From: an uncultured virus (IMG/VR IMGVR_UViG_3300020171_000002) | Lineage: Duplodnaviria > Heunggongvirae > Uroviricota > Caudoviricetes | Reading direction: 5' to 3' (one strand) | DNA length: 57,933 nt | Virus record (IMG/VR): IMGVR_UViG_3300020171_000002 | Part shown: positions 49,552 to 57,933 of the stretch, piece after piece | Position numbering within the stretch: position 1 is the stretch's first letter | Layout: the number at the start of each line of letters is the position of its first letter | The notes under the pieces: generated by a model | Seen by the model: only the letters and a program-made list of their open reading frames with translations | The model's database searches: none | What the model was told of the DNA's origin: nothing | Program-made: the position numbers and the translations under genes

Positions 49552-50511
49552 ATGGCTTATATATTTAAACCAGTTTTAAAAGATTATGTTCTTGGTGCTG
49601 ATTGGTCAAAATGGAATGATAATAATTCTACTCCTGAAATGGTAAATTTTGAACAAGCTCTCGCAGAAGGAATAAATTATTCATTAATTAAATCTTCTCA
49701 GAAAAATTGGATGGATGAAGATATTTTAATGAACTGGAAAAATGCTAAATCAGCTGGAATGCCTAGAGGAGCATATCATTTTATGACTTTTGATTATGAT
49801 CCTAGAAAGCAAGCTGAGTTTATGTGGGGGTTATTAGAAAAAGATCCAGGTGAATTGCCTCCAGTATGTGATTTTGAATATTGGTTAGTTAACCCCCCTT
49901 CAAATGCAGCAGACATGCTTTGGAATTTTGTTGAAAGAATGAGAATTTTATCAGGAATATATCCTACAATTTATACGGGTGCTTTTTTCTGGCACTCTTA
50001 CGGATCACAGGCTTATTCTTGGACTAATTTCAATTTGTGGATAGCTGGATATACCAGTGAGGATTATATTAATCAGAAGGTAAAGGATTTAACTCCTTGG
50101 GATACATGGGATCTTTGGCAATTTACTGACAATGGAGATGGTATTAAATATGGTGGAGAATCATATAAATTAGATTTAAATTGGGCTAAAAAAGATTTTA
50201 TTTCTCAGTTTATTAATTTAAATGGTGGTACACCTGTTCCTGAACCTGAGCCAATTCCCGATCCAACAGATCCCCCTGAAGCACCTTCACAAAAAATTAA
50301 ATTTGAAGTTATTTCAAATGAATTAAACATTAGAACAGAACCAAAAGTTTCTTCAGCAACATTTACAGGAAGAAAACTCAAAAAAGGAGATGTGGTTGTT
50401 TTTGAAAAATCTTATGCTCCTTATGAGAATTGGATTTTTGATAAAGATATCAATGGATGGGTTGCAGAAAAACATGCTGGAACTCAATACTTAAAAAGAG
50501 TTGAAGAATAA
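49552..50511 (+). CDS. Endolysin, GH25 muramidase with SH3b cell-wall-binding domain
   Basis: GADWSKW, RGAYHF, PPVCDFE, IYT, LWIA and WQFT motifs, a Pro linker, and LNIRTEP...GWV. Confidence 0.9.
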   Translation: MAYIFKPVLKDYVLGADWSKWNDNNSTPEMVNFEQALAEGINYSLIKSSQKNWMDEDILMNWKNAKSAGMPRGAYHFMTFDYDPRKQAEFMWGLLEKDPGELPPVCDFEYWLVNPPSNAADMLWNFVERMRILSGIYPTIYTGAFFWHSYGSQAYSWTNFNLWIAGYTSEDYINQKVKDLTPWDTWDLWQFTDNGDGIKYGGESYKLDLNWAKKDFISQFINLNGGTPVPEPEPIPDPTDPPEAPSQKIKFEVISNELNIRTEPKVSSATFTGRKLKKGDVVVFEKSYAPYENWIFDKDINGWVAEKHAGTQYLKRVEE

Positions 50512-50531
50512 ATAATAAATATTAATAAATT

Positions 50532-50570
50532 AAAATAGACTATAGATTAATTTCTATGGTCTATTTTTTT
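50532..50570. terminator. Bidirectional terminator between the convergent arms
   Basis: AAAATAGACTATAGA...TCTATGGTCTATTTT stem with A and T flanks. Confidence 0.7.
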
Positions 50571-50586
50571 ATGATTTTTGTTTTTT

Positions 50587-50879
<293 letters not shown>

Positions 50880-50883
<4 letters not shown>

Positions 50884-51626
50884 TTGTTTTCCTTTATTTG
50901 ATTATTTTCTATTGAGTGTTTGTAAACTCTTTCTATCCACAATAGGAACTCTTCTTTTGACATTGATCTTTTTGCGATATTGCATATTCCACAACAAGGA
51001 GCAATGTTATCTACAGTATAACCTTTTGCATTATCAATTCTATCTATTCCGTTATAAATATAATCGCCATTTTGATACTCATTTTTAATAATATATTGAG
51101 GATTAGTTCCGCAATAATAACAATTTTTTTTAGTTATGTCATTAAATTGTAATTTAGTAAGGTCAAATTTTAAGTTTCTAGCTTTTGCTTCTCTTTTATA
51201 TCTCGTATACAAGCGATTGAAACTAGCCATTTTAAATTCTTTTTTAAAACGTTGTGAAATTTTTTCCTTTTGTAAACATCCACAAGATTTACTATGTCCA
51301 TTTACCAACGAATAACTTGTAATAACTTTGTGGTTTCCACAGTCACATTTACAAAACCAAGAACGACTTCCTTTTTTATTCTTATCTTTTTTAATAACCG
51401 TCCAGCGACCAAACTTCATTCCAATTAAGTCATGTCCTTTTTCGTATCTTAAACATCCACATGATTTAGTGTGATTAGATGTTAAATCGTATGATAATAC
51501 TTCAGTCGTTCTCCCACAATTACATTCGCATAACCATTTTGCACTTCCCTTTTTATTATTTTCCGATCTTTCAATTACGACCAATTTTCCAAACCTTTGC
51601 CCTGTCAAATCAATAAATTTACCCAA
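50880..51626 (-). CDS. HNH homing endonuclease with two Cys-rich N-terminal repeats
   Basis: DLTGQRFG...WLCECNCG...KSCGCL x2, then CYYCG...GIDRID..KGY...N..PCC..CN. Confidence 0.85.
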
Positions 51627-51673
51627 ATTCCAAAACCTCCTTTTGTTTTTAATTATAGAATTATTGTGAAAAA

Positions 51674-51702
51674 ATTGTAATCCATAACTATTTTTTTGTC
51701 AA
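51674..51702 (-). promoter_or_regulatory. Sigma70-type promoter for the HNH gene
   Basis: TTGACA-17bp-TACAAT. Confidence 0.7.
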
Positions 51703-51829
51703 TGATTTTCATAAAATAAATTCTAATCTATTTTTTATACTGAATTTTTATAACCTATAGAATGAATAATGAGTGATTATTCATTTTAGAGGCTATGATT
51801 TTTCACCTATTAAATAGGCTATATAACCT

Positions 51830-52090
51830 AAAGGTTGGGTGACCTAAATTACGTATTTACATATGTAAAATGTGTAAAAATACACAAAACTCCTTTGTAA
51901 AATGTGTAGTGTCTTACTGGTAAGATGAAATACAACCAATTTTGTTCTATAGATAAGACAATAAAGGTTGCCAATCCAACCTTTATTGAATATGACCCCA
52001 AACATAATTGGTGTTTGTGCTTCTATTGAGAAACCCCTCAATAAAAACAAAATCGGTACGCTTGCGAGCAGAGGCGTTTTGGGTACTGTT
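51830..52090 (-). ncRNA. Putative structured non-coding RNA
   Basis: Downstream of a consensus promoter, with a long closing stem enclosing hairpins and no credible ORF. The 3' end is uncertain. Confidence 0.45.
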
Positions 52091-52096
52091 GTGGTT

Positions 52097-52125
52097 ATTC
52101 TAATTGATAATACTTATTTTGTCAA
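52097..52125 (-). promoter_or_regulatory. Sigma70-type promoter facing the non-coding region
   Basis: TTGACA-17bp-TAGAAT. Confidence 0.7.
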
Positions 52126-52135
52126 GTTAATTTAT

Positions 52136-52645
52136 TTATTTCTTTCCTACAATAAATTTTTCTAAAGTAATAGGCATGTAATTAGTATATTCTAACGCTA
52201 ATAATTTTTGATATCCATTTTTTATTGCTAATAATTCTGGTTCGTGTCGTCTATGATCTGCGTTATGAAAATGACCATGTACATTTATATCGTATTCTCC
52301 ATTCCAAACTACAGGTTTATGAGAAAACATAATTCTTTTTCCAAATATTTTATCTTCAAATTGTTCACATACCATGCTCCATCCATGTTCTAAGTACCAA
52401 GAATTAGATTTTTTATCATGGTTTCCTCTAACTAACCAATGTCTACCTGGAACAGTAAGAAGTTGTAAGTGCCACTTTACATCGTTGTAAATACAAATAT
52501 CTCCTAAGTGTATCAATATGTCTTCTTGTTTGACACAATGACGAAGATTTTTTAATATGATTTCGGAAAAGTTTTCAGGTCTATTACAATATTCAATCAT
52601 TTGAGAATGACCAAAATGAGTATCAGTAGTAAGCCAGTATTTCAT
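52136..52645 (-). CDS. Metallophosphoesterase
   Basis: DTHFGH, HLGD, GNHD and HGHFH motifs. Confidence 0.9.
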   Translation of the reverse strand: MKYWLTTDTHFGHSQMIEYCNRPENFSEIILKNLRHCVKQEDILIHLGDICIYNDVKWHLQLLTVPGRHWLVRGNHDKKSNSWYLEHGWSMVCEQFEDKIFGKRIMFSHKPVVWNGEYDINVHGHFHNADHRRHEPELLAIKNGYQKLLALEYTNYMPITLEKFIVGKK

Positions 52646-54135
52646 ATTAAGTTTCTTTCTTTCTTTATTCTATTAAAACAATTATCGCATAAAGTTGCAT
52701 ACCAATGTCCCCCGATGTCTCTTATTTCACCTGGTTGACTACATTGCTCGCATGTTACCATAGATTGTTCTTCTGCTTGAGATATTAGATCGTCTAATTC
52801 ATCTGTTGAAAAATTTGTATAATATCTAATAGAGTTTCCGCACCATATTCCTTTCCCATTTCTTCTAACATAGATAATATGATTTGAAACTTCAACACAA
52901 TATACTTTTCCATTATAGTTGACTATTCCTTCAAAAGAATTTTTAGAAAGTCCTTTTTCTTGTGTGTTATGAAACGGTTTCGATAACCAATTTATAGTAT
53001 ATACTTTATTTACGCCAGTTCCAACATATATTGTTTTTTTTGGAGAAAGAATTGTTTCTCTAAAAGATCCTTGACATTTTAAAATTAATTCTTGAACATC
53101 ATCCGATAATTGTTTTGAAACTGTATATAATATATGTGCTGTTTTTGTTTTGTGTCCATCTCCAGCATATAAAGAATCTAAAAATATTTTAATTTGTTTT
53201 GGTGGAAGTTCTTTTATAAACGGAGGTACTTTTTTTTCTAATGCTTTGTGTCCAAAATTATCGGAAAGCCATCTTGCTAATTGCACGCTATATATTCTAA
53301 AAATTAAAGCCGATTTATCTTCCATGCTTGTTTTTATTTTAAATCCCAGCTTAGATATTACATTAGAAATTATTTCTTTTTCTTTTCCTTCATCAACATT
53401 GCAACATGCTATTGATATATTTCCTTTGTTGTCCGAACATCCTTCTGCGACATACCATCCCAAAAAATTCAAAAAATCATTCGTATTAAAAATTAAATCA
53501 TTTACAGTATAGGTTCTGTTTTTATTTCTTATTTTCATAAAATTGCTATATTTGTAACCTGGAATTATTATGCTTTTTAAATATGTTCCTTTCCATTGAG
53601 TTCCTTTTTTAAATTTTTTATTTTTATGATAATACTTTTCATATGTTGTTAATTCAAATTCATGCTCAGTTATTTTATTTGGTTTATATCTTCCATTTAC
53701 TTTATTTGGTTTTGCTATATAAAGATTATGATTTGGAGTAACTAATAAATCCACTCCTCTTGTAACTAATTTATACATTTCACCACAATAATCATATTCT
53801 ATATAATCTAAAATTGACTGATATTCTAAAAAATTATTTTTATTAAGTGTTGCTATTAAATCTGTATTTTTTAAATTTTTAAAAAATTTCCATCCTTTTT
53901 CTGTTAATATTTCAGTTTCTTCATCGTAACATCCAAATTTTTCTTTTACTTGATGAACATTGAAATCTTGACTTATTTTTTTATTATCTATTAATTTTTG
54001 TATTTTTTTAGAAAGATCATATAGTAATTTGAACCATCCATCTTCACATTCAAATGGAAGTCCTTTTCCGTAAAATCCACCATATTTATAAAATTTAAAT
54101 TTTTCTCTTAGTTTTTCTTCAAGTTCGTGTTTCAT
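52642..54135 (-). CDS. Intein-containing hypothetical phage protein (QVKEKFG family, mature 131 aa)
   Basis: Exteins FECEDGW...QVKEKFG and SIRYY...TCEQC...TLC. Confidence 0.85.
   Translation of the reverse strand: MKHELEEKLREKFKFYKYGGFYGKGLPFECEDGWFKLLYDLSKKIQKLIDNKKISQDFNVHQVKEKFGCYDEETEILTEKGWKFFKNLKNTDLIATLNKNNFLEYQSILDYIEYDYCGEMYKLVTRGVDLLVTPNHNLYIAKPNKVNGRYKPNKITEHEFELTTYEKYYHKNKKFKKGTQWKGTYLKSIIIPGYKYSNFMKIRNKNRTYTVNDLIFNTNDFLNFLGWYVAEGCSDNKGNISIACCNVDEGKEKEIISNVISKLGFKIKTSMEDKSALIFRIYSVQLARWLSDNFGHKALEKKVPPFIKELPPKQIKIFLDSLYAGDGHKTKTAHILYTVSKQLSDDVQELILKCQGSFRETILSPKKTIYVGTGVNKVYTINWLSKPFHNTQEKGLSKNSFEGIVNYNGKVYCVEVSNHIIYVRRNGKGIWCGNSIRYYTNFSTDELDDLISQAEEQSMVTCEQCSQPGEIRDIGGHWYATLCDNCFNRIKKERNLI
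52834..53931 (-). mobile_element. Intein (366 aa) with LAGLIDADG homing endonuclease
   Basis: Block A CYDEETEILT, block B VTPNH, endonuclease motifs FLGWYVAEG and LYAGDG, C-terminus VYCVEV...WCGN, +1 Ser. Confidence 0.92.
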
Positions 54136-54516
54136 TTATCGTATTATCCTTAAATATCTATTCAAAAAATTAATTCCTTCCTCAAACCAATCCGTGTAGA
54201 ATAATGAACTTTCCTTTATCATTCCTACATACTTATCCCATGTTGGTTTTTCATTGATAAAAATTATGGGTATTCCTTTTCCAATTGCGTATCCCAATTC
54301 GAATAAAGTATTATAACCACCTGGATTATCTTCTTCTAAATATCCAAATATTAAATCAGAATGATCTATCATATTTAAATCTAAATTTGTATATTGAGAT
54401 GGAATATTTAGTTCATGTTCATCAGGATTAAGATACTTTACGTCTGGATAATTTGCGTTTATTTTTACGCTTTTTCTCCAAGGGTTTCTTAGTCCGCCTG
54501 CTAAATAAATCTTCAT
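54136..54516 (-). CDS. Nucleoside 2-deoxyribosyltransferase / nucleotide N-hydrolase family protein
   Basis: IYLAG, DL..I..SD and T.FELGYA..KG.PI motifs. Confidence 0.85.
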   Translation of the reverse strand: MKIYLAGGLRNPWRKSVKINANYPDVKYLNPDEHELNIPSQYTNLDLNMIDHSDLIFGYLEEDNPGGYNTLFELGYAIGKGIPIIFINEKPTWDKYVGMIKESSLFYTDWFEEGINFLNRYLRIIR

Positions 54517-54656
54517 TGTCTGTTCATTCCTTTAATCGTTCCTAATAATATGATCAACAATCCTCCAAGTATAACAGCAAAATCTCTAAGATAATATCCA
54601 CATAATGCACAAAGAGCACCTATCCAATAAATTACTTCCCATTTTTGTACTCTCAT
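54513..54656 (-). CDS. Small membrane protein (47 aa)
   Basis: Hydrophobic ORF with an AAGGA RBS and an ATGA overlap with the next gene. Confidence 0.5.
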   Translation of the reverse strand: MRVQKWEVIYWIGALCALCGYYLRDFAVILGGLLIILLGTIKGMNRQ

Positions 54657-54736
54657 TTTATTATTCCTTATCTGTAATATGTTGCATATTATAATTGTTT
54701 TTTATATATAATATGACACATTTTTCATATAACATT

Positions 54737-55009
54737 TTATGAACCTATACATTTATCACAACTAGGATTAGATAAATCACAATCCTCGCAATAGTCTGAT
54801 TCTCTATCGTTTTCATCTTTTAAAAGATTCAATTCTTTATAGGAATCAAGACCATGAACAACGCTTCTTTTCCAATAATCTTTTCCACCATCAACAGATA
54901 GGTTTCCACATTTACAGGTTACATAATCATGTCTATGCTTAGATTCTATAATGTCTCCACATAATAAACACTTGGCTATATTTTTTATTGATTCTTTTGG
55001 TTTATTCAT
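54737..55009 (-). CDS. Zn-binding hypothetical phage protein
   Basis: CLLCGDIIES.HRHD...CKCG...VDGG. Confidence 0.75.
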   Translation of the reverse strand: MNKPKESIKNIAKCLLCGDIIESKHRHDYVTCKCGNLSVDGGKDYWKRSVVHGLDSYKELNLLKDENDRESDYCEDCDLSNPSCDKCIGS

Positions 55010-55226
55010 TTTTACCAGACCATGATTTTTCTTCTGCTATGTCTTCCATAACATTTTCAACTGATACTGGTTGAAAACCAACTGCAATTAAAAACCGCAT
55101 ATATTGTCTTATCATATCAGCCAATAATCCTTCTTCGGATTCATTAAATTCATGTGATTGTTCTATCGTTTCATCGATAAATCCTCCGTAATGAAATTTG
55201 AATTCTAATTTGTGTTGAATAGCCAT
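55002..55226 (-). CDS. Hypothetical protein
   Basis: Coupled ORF, FLIAVGF motif. Confidence 0.65.
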   Translation of the reverse strand: MAIQHKLEFKFHYGGFIDETIEQSHEFNESEEGLLADMIRQYMRFLIAVGFQPVSVENVMEDIAEEKSWSGKNE

Positions 55227-55230
55227 TTTA

Positions 55231-55476
55231 TTATTCCTCTATTTCTTGAAGATCGGTAAAACTATATTGGCTACAAGATTTTTCTAAACAATAACTTGAA
55301 AAAATGGAATTGAATAATTCTATTCTTTCCTCTTGTCTAGATGAATCTTCAAATTTTAGCATCACTATTTCTTTAAAAAGTCTATTGAATTGATTTTTTA
55401 ATTCTATAGGAATACAGTATGTTTTATAATATCCATCTTGTTCAAAACAATATCTTCCAGAAAGTTTATTAGCCAT
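55231..55476 (-). CDS. Hypothetical protein
   Basis: ORF with an AAGGAG RBS. Confidence 0.7.
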   Translation of the reverse strand: MANKLSGRYCFEQDGYYKTYCIPIELKNQFNRLFKEIVMLKFEDSSRQEERIELFNSIFSSYCLEKSCSQYSFTDLQEIEE

Positions 55477-55559
55477 ATGATTCTCCTTTATTCCTTATAA
55501 AATGTTTGTTTTATTTGGTTTATTTTATATTCGCTTAAAATATGTAGTTTTAGCGAATT

Positions 55560-56075
55560 TCAACAAATCGAATCCAATATCTTCATAGCCTTGTCATAAT
55601 ATCCAACCTTCAATAACTTACGTACGTGTTTTATTGTATCCATTAGTTCATCAATTCGTATAAAGGTTGCATCAATTGTTATATTTTTTGAAGTAATGAT
55701 TTCATATAATTGTTTATTGGATAGAGGTTCTCCGTTGATTATATATTCATCAGGATAAATTATAGGATTTCCAGGTGATATGTAGGTTGGTTTTGGTTCT
55801 GAATATGATGCTGTCCAAACTGGTTTTACTGAATTTCTTTCAATCATTTCGTTAACGATTATTTCACTAACAAAGATTGCCCCATTACCATAGGGATTTT
55901 TTCCATATCCGTTTGCAGTTAACATATATTTTTTAGTTTGTAGTTTTTCAACAATTTCAAACATAATACCGCTTGGTATTGATTGAAACGTACACATATC
56001 TTGACCATAGAAATATATGTTATCTTTCGAAAATTGAATAGTTTTTCCTACGTGGGTTGTTTTTAATTTTGTCAT
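55560..56075 (-). CDS. Hypothetical protein
   Basis: 171-aa ORF. Confidence 0.65.
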   Translation of the reverse strand: MTKLKTTHVGKTIQFSKDNIYFYGQDMCTFQSIPSGIMFEIVEKLQTKKYMLTANGYGKNPYGNGAIFVSEIIVNEMIERNSVKPVWTASYSEPKPTYISPGNPIIYPDEYIINGEPLSNKQLYEIITSKNITIDATFIRIDELMDTIKHVRKLLKVGYYDKAMKILDSIC

Positions 56076-56079
56076 ATTG

Positions 56080-56400
56080 TCACCAATCCAAACTACACAA
56101 CAAACCAGGCTCAGAAATTTTTACCCACTCAGCAGCCGTAGCTTCAATTCTTACAAGAGCACCATCAAATTTTAACATGTGAACATATGGTAATACTTCA
56201 TTTTCTGGATTGAACTCTTCTTTCTCAACTGCTATTGATATGATTTTATCATCTGGTAATTCTGACCAGTTGTTTTCATCTACATCTAAATCTTCAAATG
56301 ATTCTCCAAAAAATGCTAGGAATAATTCTTTTACATGGTTAATATCTCTTGCAACAAACCAATTGTGGTCATCTGTAAATACATATAATTTTTCGATCAT
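56080..56400 (-). CDS. Hypothetical protein
   Basis: 106-aa ORF coupled to the upstream gene. Confidence 0.7.
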   Translation of the reverse strand: MIEKLYVFTDDHNWFVARDINHVKELFLAFFGESFEDLDVDENNWSELPDDKIISIAVEKEEFNPENEVLPYVHMLKFDGALVRIEATAAEWVKISEPGLLCSLDW

Positions 56401-56585
56401 TAATTAGAATCCTTATAATTAACTTCAATATCATCAATACCTTCAATGCATTCGAAATTGGTGTCCAATACTCTTGATAATTTTTTACCAATTTTTTTGA
56501 TTTTCTTTTTGCTGATTGCTTTACCGTCAAATTTTACAACAAAAATATCAACATCTTTATAAATATCAACTATCATTTTTCTCAT
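56400..56585 (-). CDS. Hypothetical protein
   Basis: ORF with an AAGGAG RBS. Confidence 0.65.
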   Translation of the reverse strand: MRKMIVDIYKDVDIFVVKFDGKAISKKKIKKIGKKLSRVLDTNFECIEGIDDIEVNYKDSN

Positions 56586-56937
56586 TATTTTCTCCTTTTC
56601 TAATAAAACGAATATTTTATTTTCTTTTTACACCCTCACGACTCCCGATTCTCCACGTAAGATTTTGTTTTAGTTGATCTTGTTCTATTCAACTGGTTAT
56701 AAGATTATCAGCAATAACAAAGTTTTGATTTTATGGATCGTCTAGTTAAACTAGGTGTATCGCAAAATTTATCTGTTTTTTATTTTTCTGGTAATTATAT
56801 CGTTTTGCTTATTGTTTCCTTTCTTTTTAAATAATTGTCTAATATTCCAGAACTTTGATTTTTCTTCTTCGTTAGTAATTTGCTTTGTCATACTTTATTT
56901 TTTTCTCCTTTGTTTATGAATTTTTGAATATAGGAGT

Positions 56938-56966
56938 ATTTTACACCTTTTAATATTTGTTGTCAA
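56938..56966 (-). promoter_or_regulatory. Sigma70-type promoter for the accessory operon
   Basis: TTGACA-17bp-TAAAAT. Confidence 0.7.
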
Positions 56967-56977
56967 GTACCAATATT

Positions 56978-57010
56978 AAAATAACTCCTATTTTTAGGAG
57001 TTATTTTTTT
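56978..57010. terminator. Intrinsic terminator hairpin
   Basis: AAAATAACTCCTA/TAGGAGTTATTTT. Confidence 0.7.
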
Positions 57011-57065
57011 AGGGATTTCTATATAATTATAATTATAATTATTATAATCATGATTAGTATAACGG

Positions 57066-57419
57066 CTATGATTCTAAAATAGTTCGTTCTTTATTTAGAT
57101 CTCTTTGTACGGCATATTCTGAATCAAATTTATCTGGATAGCGAGCCTTTAGTTTTTCAATATTTTTTTCCAATATTTCTTCTAAATCAAAATTTAACAT
57201 ATAACATAGGTTACCTATGTACCACATGAGATCTCCAATTTCTTCTTTAACATTAAACCAATCAATAGGCTTATTGTACGCCAATTGTTTTTTAAATGGA
57301 TCTGTTAGTTCTCCGATTTCTGTTTGCATTCCCATTAACATGTGTAGAGTATTTAATGTTTCAGAATTTAGTTCTGAGTTTGTTCTGTTTGCTAGTTCGC
57401 AGTATTCGTTAATTTTCAT
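57066..57419 (-). CDS. MazG-like NTP pyrophosphohydrolase
   Basis: G..TEIGE..D, EEIGDLMWY and NIEKL.ARY motifs. Confidence 0.85.
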   Translation of the reverse strand: MKINEYCELANRTNSELNSETLNTLHMLMGMQTEIGELTDPFKKQLAYNKPIDWFNVKEEIGDLMWYIGNLCYMLNFDLEEILEKNIEKLKARYPDKFDSEYAVQRDLNKERTILES

Positions 57420-57431
57420 ATTGTTTTTTCC

Positions 57432-57933
57432 TTATTGTTTGTCTGGTTTTTCTAAAATTTGAAATGATTTACTGTTGTTTCTATAGATAGTTCCACCTTT
57501 TAGTCCCTTTTCCCACATATAAAGATAGATGTTAAAAATATCTTCAATTGTTGAATCTTCTGGAATATTTATAGTTTTGGATATGGCGTTACTGGTATAT
57601 TTTTGCCATGAAGCTTGAATATCCACATGTCTCTTCCAGGGAATCTCATTAGATGTTTTAAATAATTTTTGTACTTCCTCGGATACTAATTTGCATCCAG
57701 TTAGTGTTCCTGTTGAAGAAGCATATTCCAATATAGAATTTATTTTCTCTTTATCATATCCGAATTCTTTTAATTTCCGTTCTAAGGCAGGGTTTGCTTC
57801 AAAGATAGAATCTTTAGCAATATTTCCCACTCCTTCTGTGATGTTGCGTTTATAGGAAAGTGCAAAAAATGGCTCAATTCCGCTGTTTACGCCACCAATA
57901 ATAGCAATAGACCCCGTAGGCGCAAGACTGATG
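57432..57933 (-). CDS. nrdJ: Class II ribonucleotide reductase, C-terminal part (5' truncated by the window)
   Basis: APTGS...SGIEP, H...QA..QK....AISKTIN and LKG.TIYR (not the class I YY). Confidence 0.85.
   Translation of the reverse strand, partial: ISLAPTGSIAIIGGVNSGIEPFFALSYKRNITEGVGNIAKDSIFEANPALERKLKEFGYDKEKINSILEYASSTGTLTGCKLVSEEVQKLFKTSNEIPWKRHVDIQASWQKYTSNAISKTINIPEDSTIEDIFNIYLYMWEKGLKGGTIYRNNSKSFQILEKPDKQ

Noticed and set aside
51844..52165. ORFs 51844-52050 (-) and 51968-52165 (+)
   Set aside because: They have TTG starts without an RBS and no recognisable motifs, and they overlap a strongly structured region.

Overview
AT-rich tailed-phage DNA organised like Bacillus phage SPbeta. 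The left end is non-coding with extreme strand skew, followed by a winged-helix replication-initiator-like gene with iterons. A long + strand region then carries a YonO-type (RdRP-like, DxDGD) single-subunit RNA polymerase, HU, a phosphoesterase, terminase, portal, protease/scaffold, capsid, neck and tail genes, holin, RusA, a tyrosine recombinase, tape measure, baseplate and a GH25 endolysin. A convergent - strand accessory and nucleotide-metabolism arm ends in a class II RNR cut by the window edge. Mobile elements are dense: a group I intron in the RNAP catalytic motif (5936-7034), a group I intron in the tape measure gene (39735-41211), an IscB-omegaRNA element between a Shine-Dalgarno and its ATG (about 30373-31914), an intein in a small hypothetical protein, and two free-standing homing endonucleases. 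The strongest unexplained signals are a recurrent palindrome ATAAAA-N6-TTTTAT at gene junctions that brackets accessory modules (a possible tyrosine-recombinase cassette system), an S-G-S motif enriched in outer virion proteins, and a promoter-driven, highly structured non-coding RNA at about 51830-52090. All calls come from reading motifs by eye. No database search or folding program was run.
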